A stretch of DNA of 64,000 bases from Nemertoderma westbladi (lineage: Eukaryota; Animalia; Xenacoelomorpha): contig JAUCBJ010001728.1 of NCBI GenBank assembly GCA_032718475.1, positions 62,001 to 126,000 on the forward strand, given 5' to 3'. Position numbers and translations under genes: made by a program. The notes under the pieces were generated by a model. The model was not told where the DNA came from, ran no database searches, and worked only from the letters and a program-made list of their open reading frames with translations. Shown here in pieces: positions 15,001 to 25,936 of the stretch; within the stretch, counting starts at the first letter, position 1, and the number at the start of each line of letters is the position of its first letter.

Positions 15001-17055
15001 GTAGAGGCATTCATAGTAAATGTATGGTGTAGGGACGGAACGTAGAGGCAAACATAGTAAATGTATGGAGTAGGGAGAGAACGTAGAGGCATTCATAGTA
15101 AATGTATGGAGTAGGGAGAGAACGTAGAGGCATTCATAGTAAATGAGTAGGGAAAGAACGTAGAGGCATTCATAGTAAATGAGGAGGGAGAGAACGTAGA
15201 GGCATTCATAGTAAATGTATGGAGTAGGGAGAGAACGTAGAGGCATTCATAGTAAATGTATGGAGTAGGGAAAGAACGTAGAGGCATTCATAGTAAATGT
15301 ATGGAGGAGGGAAAGAAGATCGTAGAGGCATTCATAGTAAATGTATGGAGGAGGGAAAGAAGATCGTAGAGGCATTCATAGTAAATGTATGGTGTAGGGA
15401 CGGAACGTAGAGGCAAACATAGTAAATGTATGGAGTAGGGAGAGAACGTAGAGGCATTCATAGTAAATGTATGGAGTAGGGAAAGAACGTAGAGGCATTC
15501 ATAGTAAATGTATGGAGTAGGGACGGAACGTAGAGGCATTCATAGTAAATGTATGGAGTAGGGACGGAACGTAGAGGCATTCATAGTAAATGTATGGAGG
15601 AGGGAAAGAACGTAGAGGCATTCATAGTAAATGTATGGAGTAGGGAAAGAACGTAGAGGCATTCATAGTAAATGTATGGAGTAGGGACGGAACGTAGAGG
15701 CATTCATAGTAAATGTATGGAGTAGGGACGGAACGTAGAGGCATTCATAGTAAATGTATGGAGGAGGGAAAGAACGTAGAGGCATTCATAGTAAATGTAT
15801 GGAGTAGGGACGGAACGTAGAGGCATTCATAGTAAATGTATGGAGGAGGGAAAGAACGTAGAGGCATTCATAGTAAATGTATGGAGTAGGGAAAGAACGT
15901 AGAGGCATTCATAGTAAATGTATGGAGTAGGGAAAGAACGTAGAGGCATTCATAGTAAATGTATGGAGTAGGGACTGAGCTAGGGCATACATAGTAAATG
16001 TATGGAGTAGGGACGGAGCGTAGAGGCAAACATAGTAAATGTATGGAGTAGGGAGAGAACGTAGAGGCATTCATAGTAAATGTATGGAGTAGGGAAAGAA
16101 CGTAGAGGCATTCATAGTAAATGTATGGAGTAGGGACTGAGCTAGGGCATACATAGTAAATGTATGGAGTAGGGACGGAACGTAGAGGCATTCATAGTAA
16201 ATGTATGGAGGAGGGAAAGAACGTAGAGGCATTCATAGTAAATGTATGGAGTAGGGAAAGAACGTAGAGGCATTCATAGTAAATGTATGGAGTAGGGAAA
16301 GAACGTAGAGGCATTCATAGTAAATGTATGGAGTAGGGAAAGAACGTAGAGGCATTCATAGTAAATGTATGGAGTAGGGACGGAACGTAGAGGCATTCAT
16401 AGTAAATGTATGGAGTAGGGACGGAACGTAGAGGCATTCATAGTAAATGAGTAGGGACGGAACGTAGAGGCATTCATAGTAAATGAGTAGGGACGGAACG
16501 TAGAGGCATTCATAGTAAATGTATGGAGTAGGGACGGAACGTAGAGGCATTCATAGTAAATGTATGGAGGAGGGAAAGATCGTAGAGGCATTCATAGTAA
16601 ATGTATGGAGGAGGGAAAGATCGTAGAGGCATTCATAGTAAATGTATGGAGTAGGGACGGAACGTAGAGGCATTCATAGTAAATGTATGGAGTAGGGACG
16701 GAACGTAGAGGCATTCATAGTAAATGTATGGAGGAGGGAAAGATCGTAGAGGCATTCATAGTAAATGTATGGAGGAGGGAAAGATCGTAGAGGCATTCAT
16801 AGTAAATGTATGGAGTAGGGACGGAACGTAGAGGCATTCATAGTAAATGTATGGAGTAGGGACGGAACGTAGAGGCATTCATAGTAAATGTATGGAGTAG
16901 GGAAAGAACGTAGAGGCATTCATAGTAAATGTATGGAGTAGGGAAAGAACGTAGAGGCATTCATAGTAAATGTATGGAGTAGGGACTGAGCTAGGGCATA
17001 CATAGTAAATGTATGGAGTAGGGACGGAGCGTAGAGGCATACATAGTAAATGTAT
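1..17055. repeat. 41-bp satellite array (about 410 units; 44-bp and 36-bp variants), open at the window start
   Basis: Unit CATAGTAAATGTATGGAG(G/T)AGGGAAAGAACGTAGAGGCATT repeats head-to-tail. It ends at ...CATAGTAAATGTAT|ACAAAG near 17055. Confidence 0.98.
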
Positions 17056-17646
17056 ACAAAGTAGGGATAAATAATGTCGCACTGCGATATAAAGTTGAAA
17101 GATATTTCGCCCTGGCGATTTGTTGTACGAAATTAATTCCATACAAATAAATAATAATACTTACAAGCTGGCAAGCCTGGCGGGTTTACGGTCCTACTTA
17201 CATCAGAACAATACACAGCAGTACTGCAGTACAGCAATACTGTTTGTAGTACAGTTACCGGTAACAGCTACAAAATTCAAATTTCCCGCTGTCTAATGCT
17301 AATGCAATAATTGTTTACCATAATAATAGCGCTCGCATTGTACAAATATCATCTCAAAACCTAATTTTCTGTATGAGCCGTCGTCATGCCTATATCTAAC
17401 GCTTCACCAAATTATGCTTCAATTGATTATCACACAGTACGGTATTAATGGTCACTTATGTCCATGGGACCGTGAACCAAAAATACTTGTAACCTTAAAG
17501 AAAGGTGAGTTAAAAACCTAAAGAAGGGCAGTGAAAAACCTATTGAATACTTTTTTTCATAATTTTCACGGAATAATTAAATTATTTTATTTACCCCTCC
17601 ACTCTACTTCTATTTCTTTTCACAAAATATTTGATTTCTGTTCTAG

Positions 17647-17773
17647 ATTCCGCCAGGTATAATGTGTATATTAGACGATGTTTGCGCCACAATGCACGCA
17701 CAGTCAGACGGTGCAGATGAAACTCTGATACAGAAACTGCAAGGAGGAATCAACCACGAGCACTTTATGGGTG
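17647..17773 (+). CDS. MYO1E: Myosin-I (MYO1E/F-like) motor-domain exon A
   Basis: Pyrimidine tract and TTCTAG| acceptor. Translates [42 protein letters not shown](G), matching recalled myosin-Ie [31 protein letters not shown]...HEHF. Ends G|GTAAGT; 127 nt, phase 1 out. Confidence 0.93.
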
Positions 17774-19046
17774 GTAAGTAAGCACCAACCACGAGCACTT
17801 TATGGGTGGTATGTAAGCACCAACCACGAGCACTTTATGGGTGGTAAGTAAGCACCAACCACGAGTACTCTATGGGTGGTAAGTAAGCACCAACCACGAG
17901 CACTTTATGGGTGGTAAGTAAGCACCAACCACGAGTACTCTATGGGTGGTAAGTAAGCACCAACCACGAGCACTTTATGGGTGCTAAGTAAGCACCAACC
18001 ACGAGTACTTTATGGGTGGTAAGTAAGCACCAACCACGAGCACTTTATGGGTGGTAAGTAAGCACCAACCACGAGCACTTTATGGGTGGTATGTAAGCAC
18101 CAACCACGAGCACTTTATGGGTGGTAAGTAAGCACCAACCACGAGTACTCTATGGGTGGTAAGTAAGCACCAACCACGAGCACTTTATGGGTGGTAAGTA
18201 AGCACCAACCACGAGCACTTTATGGGTGCTAAGTAAGCACCAACCACGAGTACTTTATGGGTTGTAAGTAAGCACCAACCACGAGCACTTTATGGGTGGT
18301 AAGTAAGCACCAAGCACGAGTACTTTATGAGTGGTAAGTAAGCACCAACCACGAGCACTTTATGGGGGTAAGTAAGCACCAACCACGAGTACTTTATGGG
18401 TGGTAAGTAAGCACCAAGCACGAGTACTTTATGAGTGGTAAGTAAGCACCAACCACGAGCACTTTATGGGGGTAAGTAAGCACCAACCACGAGCACTTTA
18501 TGGGTGGTAAGTAAGCACCAACCACGAGTACTTTATGGGTGGTAAGTAAGCACCAACCACGAGCACTTTATGGGTGGTAAGTAAGCACCAACCACGAATA
18601 GTTTATGGGTGGTAAGTAAGCACCAACCACGAGCACTTTATGGGGGTAAGTAAGCACCAACTACGAGCACTTTATGTGTGGTAAGTAAGCACCAACCACG
18701 AGTACTTTATGGGTGGTAAGTGAGCACCAACCACGAATACTTTAAGGGTGGTAAGTAAGCACCAACCACGAGCACTTTATGGGGGTAAGTATGCACCAAC
18801 TACGAGCACTTTATGGGTGGTAAGTAAGCACCAACCACGAGTACTTTATGGGTGATAAGTAAGCACCAACCACGAGCACTTTATGGGTGGTAAGTAAGCA
18901 CCAACCACGAGCACTTTATGGGTGGTAAGTAAGCACCAACCACGAATACTTTATGGGGTGGTAAGTAAGCACCAACCACGAGCACTTTATGGGTGGTAAG
19001 TAAGCACCAAGCACGAGTACTTTATGAGTGGTAAGTAAGCACCAAC
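17751..19046 (+). repeat. 35-bp exon/splice-donor-derived satellite, block 1
   Basis: Unit CAACCACGAG(C/T)ACTTTATGGGTG|GTAAGTAAGCAC. The first copy is the end of exon A plus its donor. 32-bp variants lack TGG. Confidence 0.97.
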
Positions 19047-19333
19047 TGTTAAGTTACTCGAAATGCGATACCGCAATAATGAGATAAACGAATAACAGAC
19101 AGATGAATGCTAATTCAGTGTAATTAATTGCATGACTAAATACTGAATGATATATAAATGTATATAGCTGTACCGTATTGCAGTCAAAGGTACCGGTAAG
19201 CATATCAGCAGTACTCTCTTAATAGCTAGGTTAAAGTCATGCCAGTCTAATGAGTCGGACTTGGATCCTGTGTTAACCACCACCTTATAATAACAAGTAT
19301 AACCAAACCCCTCACCTTGAGTCTATCATCACA
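19047..19333 (-). repeat. 3' LTR of the gypsy element
   Basis: TGTTAAG...CATCACA, identical to 24387-24673. Confidence 0.97.
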
Positions 19334-19344
19334 ACTCCCCTCCT
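19334..19344 (-). promoter_or_regulatory. Polypurine tract
   Basis: Minus strand AGGAGGGGAGT directly precedes the 3' LTR. Confidence 0.85.
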
Positions 19345-19377
19345 ACGAGTCATATCAAGAAGGTTAATTGCATATGA

Positions 19378-22300
19378 CTAAAATGTTTCTGGGTAGCGTT
19401 TGATTTGATTTCTTACTCGATCGCTTGTTCGTTTCTCACCTTGTGGTTCATGAACTGTATGGTTGTTGCCGATGGGAGTTTCAGCTATTTCATGTGTACT
19501 TGTGTGTTCTTTACGTAGTCGAAGGAATCGACGGTTTCTCCACATCACAAAACCAGATCGTAGTCGAACACGATATCCCCGAAAGGGAGATATTTCGATT
19601 ATTGTTCCGGAACGGTTCCACCGTTTACTACGTTCATTTTGTATATACACCTGGTCATTCACATTCAGCCTTGGCAAAGTTTGCGCCCCATGGTCATAAT
19701 ATAATCTCTCTTTACATTTAATCAGACATCGATTACTATCTGCAATGTCAACTTCCTTTTGCCATTGTTTGCTAAATGTTGATTGGTGAGCAGGAATTAA
19801 TGATCTGGTTGGATATCCAAAAACTCGTTCCGCTGGGGACATAGAATCGGTTCGTGGGGTATTTCGAAGTTCTAATAATCCTGCGAGAAACTCCTGGCTC
19901 TGGATATCCCCATTTGGGCATTTTGAAACGAGGCTCTTGATTGTTTTAACTGAGGACTCGGCATGTCCATTGCTTTGGGCATAGGTAGGTGTAGATGGTT
20001 GCCATACTACCCCCCAAAGGTCAAAGAATTGGCGCATTTCTTCACTATCAAATTGACCTGCACCATCAGTGCGTATGTGAATGGGGGCTCCCATTAAAGC
20101 AAAAAACGACCTCAAAGCTTTAATCACTTGGGCAGAGGATGGTAATCTGTTCCAATCATCTATTAATGGAAATCCGCTGTATCTGTCAGAATAAACTAGG
20201 TACGACTTTCCATTGGAGTGGAATAAATCAGCTGATACTGATTGATATGGTCTAGACGGAATAAAATCTTGAATTTCTGGTTCTTTCCTATTCGATGGTC
20301 TACTTTCCTGACATCTTTGGCACGATTCAATCTTCATTTTAATGTCATTATTAAATCCTGGCCAGTAAACATTATCTCTGGCTCGTCGTCGAGTACGTTC
20401 AATTCCTTGATGTGACGAATGGAGTTTATTCAAAATAGTTTTAATCTTGGATTTTGGTATTACAATACGCCTGCCAAATATCACTAATCCACAATCCACT
20501 GATAGATCATTCGCCATTGATTTAAAATGATTCACATAATTGTTTCTATTACTGTTACTGTTTTCAAAACCAAATTCAATCGCATTTATTAATGATAAAT
20601 AATCATCATCTTCTTTAGCCGCATGTTTTAAATCATCCAGGATAAGGTCAGATGGTTCAGCAGTGACATTCAATGCAGTCAACATTACAGCTGCCATTTT
20701 CGTGCTGTCTTTCATCTCTCCGAAGTCTTCTTGGGTTGGTTCGTCAACAGGTGAACGAGATAGTGCATCTGCTATGATATTGTCTTTCCCTTTTTTCCAT
20801 TCTACGTCAAACGAATAACCATTTAATTTGGAACAGTAACGCTGTAGTCTTGGATTTTCAATTTCATCTAATCTTTTTTCATTAAATATTTGAACTAGAG
20901 GTTTGTGGTCTGTAATGACTTTGAAGTAGGGCAAACCGGCGAGATATATTCGGCATTTCGTTATTGCCCAATATATTGCTAGTGCTTCCATCTCACAAAC
21001 TGCATAACGTGATTCAGCGTCCTGTAAATATCGGGATCCACATTCCACTAATCGCCAGTTATTTTCCTTGTCTAACTGCAATAGTGCAAATCCCAAACCA
21101 TTTCGTCGAGATGCATCACATGTTACGATTGTTTCACGTTTATGATCATATAGAGCTTTCACGACTGGGGATGTTAAGACTTCTTTTGTTCTCTGAAAGG
21201 CTAATTCATGTTCTGGAAGCCATGTGAATATGCTCCTTTTTTGTAGTAAAGGACGCAGGGGTTCTGTTGCTGATGCCAATTCGTGTGTAAATGATCCTAA
21301 CTGATTAGCTAATCCAAGAAAGGATCGCAATTCAGTGCGTGTTTTAGGTGCCGGGAAGTTTGTTATGGCTGTCACCTTCTTCTCATCTATGGTATAGCTA
21401 CCATTATGTATTTTATATCCTGCAAACATGACTTCTGTTTCCCCAAATCGACATTTATTTTGGTTTAGTGTAATACCAAATTTTATACATCTTTCTAATA
21501 AAATACAAGCAACTTTAAGTGCTTCATGATATGTTGGGCGACCAACTAATGTATCATCTACTATCTTTTGAATACCTGCAATTTCATTGAATGCGATATC
21601 ACCTCTATATCCGTAGTGGTCCCCTGTATCCATAAGACCCATTGGGGCACGCAAATAATAGAATTTACCCCAAGGTGTTATAAAGACCGTTAAACTCTGA
21701 CTTTCCTCATCTATGGGAACCTGCCAATATCCCTTGCGGGCGTCTAATTTTACAAAATATTTGCTTGATGATTCTATTGATGCTACTGCTTCTGCTGGTG
21801 TAATAGTTGGATGGACTGTTCGTTCTATTTGTTTATTAAGCCGAGTTAGATCTGCGCAAACTCGAACATCACCATCTGGTTTAGGAATGATCACCATTGG
21901 GTGACACCATGATGTTGGTACAGGGCCCACAGGTGCTATTATGCCTTTGTTAACCATGTTATAGATTTCATTCTTTGCCTTTTCTTTTAGTGGTATTGGA
22001 ATAGATCTTGCTGTATGTATTGAAAATGGTTTAGCATCTTTCTTTAATGTAATATGTAGTGGATCACCGACATCTTCTCCCATCATAGGTCGAAGGAAAT
22101 TGTTATCATCAAAAGCAATGTTATATTTTTCCATTAAGACATTTACTACAGATTGCCTCTCTTCTACAGTAGGTTCTGTAGGAAGTGAATTTATCCATGT
22201 TTCCCTGTTGGTTTTATTCCACAAATCACTTTTGTTAATTTCATTTATTTCTTGTATTGATTTATTTTCGCTGATGGATCTTGTGTAAACAGCTTTACTG

Positions 22301-24123
22301 TTATTATTTGCGTTTATTTGTTTGATTTTACCAACTTCTCTTGTGGTTTCCATAGCATGTTCTTGTATACGATTGGGTATATTTGGTATCGGATATGGGA
22401 AATTAGAATGAATTATTCCAAGTCCTATGCTATCTTCTAATGATAAGTATACCATCTCAACAGCTGCACATATGACAATTTTGGTATCTAGATGATTATT
22501 TCCGATTCTAAATCTAATGTTTAAAGTTCCTAGTTGTTCTAAATTTCCTCCATTTATTGATTCAAACTTGTCTACTGTGGGGGGGTCGAGTGTGGTTGTG
22601 TTCATTAAATCAAGTGAATGTAAGAAATTTATACCTCCTACCGTAGCATCTGAACCTGTATCCGGGCGTGCTTTCACTGTTCCTATAAGTTGCCTGTTTA
22701 TTTCTACATCAAGAAGTAAAGTTCTTTTAGGTAATGCACCAATTACAGAGCACTTTCCTGTATATTTTATTCCTGCTACCTTTTTCTGTCCTTGAAGTAC
22801 AGTACGACAAAGTACTTGAAAATGTCCTGTAAATCCGCATCGAAAACAAGTGATATGTTTGGCAGGGCATGGTCTCATTTGTGAATGTGGTATGGCATCG
22901 CCACAAGCGCCACAGGCCTTCCTTATATTTGTTACTGGAGGCCGATTATTACTTGACCAGGAGCGGTTTTGTTGGGGCTGCTGCTGGTTATATGAGAATT
23001 CACCTCTGTTATTACCATTTCTTCTATTATATAATATAGTAGTATTACCATTAGGGTTAGGGGTACTATATTTACTACGTCGATAAGCAGTTGGTCTTGT
23101 AGCTGCTATAATATCGCTATCATTATTGTCGTATTCAACATCGGTAATAGCTGATATTTGTGATTTTGTTAACTGCGTTTCTAATTTGGGAGCAGTTTCA
23201 CGGGCTAACTCTTCAGCTATAAAAATTTTCACGGTTTCTTCTAAATCTAATGGTGGTATGTTTTTTAGCACAAGGCGTTTGGCCTCTTCATAATTTGCTC
23301 CTAAAATGAATAGAGCAGTTGCTAGCTGATCAAATGTTAATGTGGCTGCTTCAGCATATTCAGCTAATTCTAATAATCTCGAATAATATTTGCCAATTTT
23401 TTCATGTGGTTGTTGTTTTACTTGTAAATATAATTGAATATCTTCGTTTATATTTCTGGTGCTACGCAGATATTTTGCAATTGATTCTAGGACATCATCT
23501 AGGGCCATGTCTGTATCTTGTGGTATTTTTCCTAAGCGGTCCACCATATTTAAAAATTCTGGTGTACAGTTAGACCACAACATGGCAACTTGATGTTCCC
23601 TTGATTTCAGAGATAAGCCAGTAAGTAATGAAAAATTTCTCCAAGCCTTTCTCCAATGTGTAAATTCGCGGATATCTACACTGGATTCAAGTAAAGGTGG
23701 AGGTTTTACAGTTGCCTTTAGAGGGTTATCATTGGTATGCCTAGCTCCCCTAATTGGTGATAATGGTGAAGGCGACTGGGAAAGACGCAGTGTGTGGGTC
23801 TCAGCGTCTATGAGGTCTGCAACTTTTCCTGTGTATCGAACAATTTCGAGGTCAGCTTCCTCTACATCTGCCATAGCAAGATCTTGTTGTGTAGCCCCAC
23901 GGGTTTGAGCTACCGTGTTGTCTGCTTTGATAAAGGTTTCTACCCTTTCTTCAAATTTCCTAAGAGCAGCCTGCATAGTGGCCCCAGAGCCTCGGCTTCC
24001 TTGGGGTTGGGTTTCATAATCCCTAATAGAAGTTTCTAATGTTGCCCTAGACCTAGTTAGATGGCCTTTAAATGTTCTTCGGGATGCTTTGGCAGCTTCC
24101 AATTCCATTTTCATATTGTCCAT
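19378..24123 (-). CDS. Gag-Pol polyprotein, 1581 aa (gag, protease, RT, RNase H, integrase)
   Basis: Tandem Zn knuckles (CGACG..H..C; CFRCGFTGHFQVLC), protease DTG, RT (LDARKGYWQ, APMGL, IVDD), RNase H (CDAS, EALA, TDHKPL), integrase HHCC and DDE, in gypsy domain order. Confidence 0.96.
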   Translation of the reverse strand: MDNMKMELEAAKASRRTFKGHLTRSRATLETSIRDYETQPQGSRGSGATMQAALRKFEERVETFIKADNTVAQTRGATQQDLAMADVEEADLEIVRYTGKVADLIDAETHTLRLSQSPSPLSPIRGARHTNDNPLKATVKPPPLLESSVDIREFTHWRKAWRNFSLLTGLSLKSREHQVAMLWSNCTPEFLNMVDRLGKIPQDTDMALDDVLESIAKYLRSTRNINEDIQLYLQVKQQPHEKIGKYYSRLLELAEYAEAATLTFDQLATALFILGANYEEAKRLVLKNIPPLDLEETVKIFIAEELARETAPKLETQLTKSQISAITDVEYDNNDSDIIAATRPTAYRRSKYSTPNPNGNTTILYNRRNGNNRGEFSYNQQQPQQNRSWSSNNRPPVTNIRKACGACGDAIPHSQMRPCPAKHITCFRCGFTGHFQVLCRTVLQGQKKVAGIKYTGKCSVIGALPKRTLLLDVEINRQLIGTVKARPDTGSDATVGGINFLHSLDLMNTTTLDPPTVDKFESINGGNLEQLGTLNIRFRIGNNHLDTKIVICAAVEMVYLSLEDSIGLGIIHSNFPYPIPNIPNRIQEHAMETTREVGKIKQINANNNSKAVYTRSISENKSIQEINEINKSDLWNKTNRETWINSLPTEPTVEERQSVVNVLMEKYNIAFDDNNFLRPMMGEDVGDPLHITLKKDAKPFSIHTARSIPIPLKEKAKNEIYNMVNKGIIAPVGPVPTSWCHPMVIIPKPDGDVRVCADLTRLNKQIERTVHPTITPAEAVASIESSSKYFVKLDARKGYWQVPIDEESQSLTVFITPWGKFYYLRAPMGLMDTGDHYGYRGDIAFNEIAGIQKIVDDTLVGRPTYHEALKVACILLERCIKFGITLNQNKCRFGETEVMFAGYKIHNGSYTIDEKKVTAITNFPAPKTRTELRSFLGLANQLGSFTHELASATEPLRPLLQKRSIFTWLPEHELAFQRTKEVLTSPVVKALYDHKRETIVTCDASRRNGLGFALLQLDKENNWRLVECGSRYLQDAESRYAVCEMEALAIYWAITKCRIYLAGLPYFKVITDHKPLVQIFNEKRLDEIENPRLQRYCSKLNGYSFDVEWKKGKDNIIADALSRSPVDEPTQEDFGEMKDSTKMAAVMLTALNVTAEPSDLILDDLKHAAKEDDDYLSLINAIEFGFENSNSNRNNYVNHFKSMANDLSVDCGLVIFGRRIVIPKSKIKTILNKLHSSHQGIERTRRRARDNVYWPGFNNDIKMKIESCQRCQESRPSNRKEPEIQDFIPSRPYQSVSADLFHSNGKSYLVYSDRYSGFPLIDDWNRLPSSAQVIKALRSFFALMGAPIHIRTDGAGQFDSEEMRQFFDLWGVVWQPSTPTYAQSNGHAESSVKTIKSLVSKCPNGDIQSQEFLAGLLELRNTPRTDSMSPAERVFGYPTRSLIPAHQSTFSKQWQKEVDIADSNRCLIKCKERLYYDHGAQTLPRLNVNDQVYIQNERSKRWNRSGTIIEISPFRGYRVRLRSGFVMWRNRRFLRLRKEHTSTHEIAETPIGNNHTVHEPQGEKRTSDRVRNQIKRYPETF

Positions 24124-24367
24124 TTATAAAAAATTTTTTGTAGTACCGGTATGCAGTTCAGCAGTTGGTAGGCCTATGCGATTACAGAATTGGGGTACCG
24201 GTAATAAAAACCTGGTGTCGGTTTACAAATTAGCAATATAGGTAGTTACCCTGCATATGATAGACTCACATATATATATATTTATTCATTCCAGTATTCT
24301 TCTGTTAGTCTGTTCTTTGTCCCCTTGGTGTTCAAGTTTGATCGGGTAATTACTTCCGTTTGGTATC

Positions 24368-24386
24368 AATCCTACACACTGCGCCA
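24368..24386 (-). promoter_or_regulatory. Primer-binding site, probably tRNA-Ser
   Basis: Minus strand TGGCGCAGTGTGTAGGATT follows the 5' LTR. It resembles the complement of a recalled tRNA-Ser 3' end (TGGCGCAGTCGGTAGGATT). Confidence 0.75.
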
Positions 24387-24673
24387 TGTTAAGTTACTCG
24401 AAATGCGATACCGCAATAATGAGATAAACGAATAACAGACAGATGAATGCTAATTCAGTGTAATTAATTGCATGACTAAATACTGAATGATATATAAATG
24501 TATATAGCTGTACCGTATTGCAGTCAAAGGTACCGGTAAGCATATCAGCAGTACTCTCTTAATAGCTAGGTTAAAGTCATGCCAGTCTAATGAGTCGGAC
24601 TTGGATCCTGTGTTAACCACCACCTTATAATAACAAGTATAACCAAACCCCTCACCTTGAGTCTATCATCACA
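24387..24673 (-). repeat. 5' LTR of the gypsy element
   Basis: Identical to 19047-19333. Confidence 0.97.
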
Positions 24674-25936
24674 CCAACCACGAGCACTTTATGGGGGTAA
24701 GTAAGCACCAACCACGAGCACTTTATGGGTGGTAAGTAAGCACCAACCACGAGTACTTTATGGGTGGTAAGTAAGCACCAACCACGAGCACTTTATGGGT
24801 GGTAAGTAAGCACCAACCACGAATACTTTATGGGTGGTAAGTAAGCACCAACCACGAGCACTTTATGAGGGTAAGTAAGCACCAACTACGAGCACTTTAT
24901 GGGTGGTAAGTAAGCACCAACCACGAGTACTTTATGGGTGGTAAGTAAGCACCAACCATGAGTACTTTATGGGTGGTAAGTAAGCACCAACCGCGAGCAC
25001 TTTATGGGTGGTATGTAAGCACCAACCACGAGCACTTTATGGGGGTAAGTAAGCACCAACTACGAGCACTTTATGGGTGGTAAGTAAGCACCAACCACGA
25101 GTACTTTATGGGTGGTAAGTAAGCATCAAACACGAGCACTCTATGGGTGGTAAGTAAGCACCAACCACGAGCACATTATGGGTGGTAAGTAAGCACCAAC
25201 CACGAGTACTTTATGGGTGGTAAGTAAGCACCAACCACGAGCACTTTATGGGGGGTAAGTAAGCATCAACCACGAGCACCTTATGGGTGGTAAGTAAGCA
25301 CCAACCACGAGTACTTTATGGGTGGTAAGTAAGCACCAACCACGAGCACTTTATGGGTGGTAAGTAAGCACCAACCACGAATACTTTATGGGTGGTAAGT
25401 AAGCACCAACCACGAGCACTTTATGGGGGTAAGTAAGCACCAACTACGAGCACTTTATGGGTGGTAAGTAAGCACCAACCACGAGTACTTTATGGGTGGT
25501 AAGTAAGCACCAACCACGAGTACTTTATGGGTGATAAGTAAGCATCAACCACGAGCACTTTATAGGTGGTAAGTAAGCACCAACTACGAGTACTTTATGG
25601 GTGGTAAGTAAGCACCAACCACGAGTACATTATGGGGGTATGTATGCACCAATCGCGAGCACTTTATGGGGGTAAGTAAGCACCAACAACGAGTACTTTA
25701 TGGGTGGTAAGTAAGCACCAACCACGAGTACTTTATGTGTGGTAAGTAAGCACCAACCACGAGTACTTTATGAGTGGCAAGTAAGCACCAACCACGAGTA
25801 CTTTATGGGTGGTAAGTAAGCACCAACCACGAGTACTTTATGTGTGGTAAGTAAGCACCAACCACGAGTACTTTAGGAGTGGTAAGTAAGCACCAACCGC
25901 GAGTACTTTATGGGTGGAAAGTAAGCACCAACCACG
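24674..25936 (+). repeat. 35-bp splice-donor satellite, block 2
   Basis: Same unit, resuming in register after the gypsy TSD. Confidence 0.97.

Larger units (their letters stand above)
19047..24673 (-). mobile_element. Full-length Ty3/gypsy LTR retrotransposon (Mag-like clade)
   Basis: 287-bp TG...CA LTRs at 19047-19333 and 24387-24673, identical by line-by-line reading. 5-bp TSD CCAAC (19042-19046, 24674-24678). PBS, PPT and a single gag-pol ORF are present. Confidence 0.97.

Noticed and set aside
1-17055. CRISPR array (constant block plus variable block)
   Set aside because: The variable part is only about 9-17 nt and recurs as a few related variants rather than unique spacers. There are no cas genes and the context is eukaryotic.
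1-17055. 41-bp unit derived from the previous myosin exon end (MEEGKN|GTAGAG vs LIENK)
   Set aside because: The match is weak and the donor is poor. The array start lies outside the window, so it cannot be supported here.
12221-17142. Short minus-strand ORFs (MPLRS...)
   Set aside because: Translations of the satellite unit.
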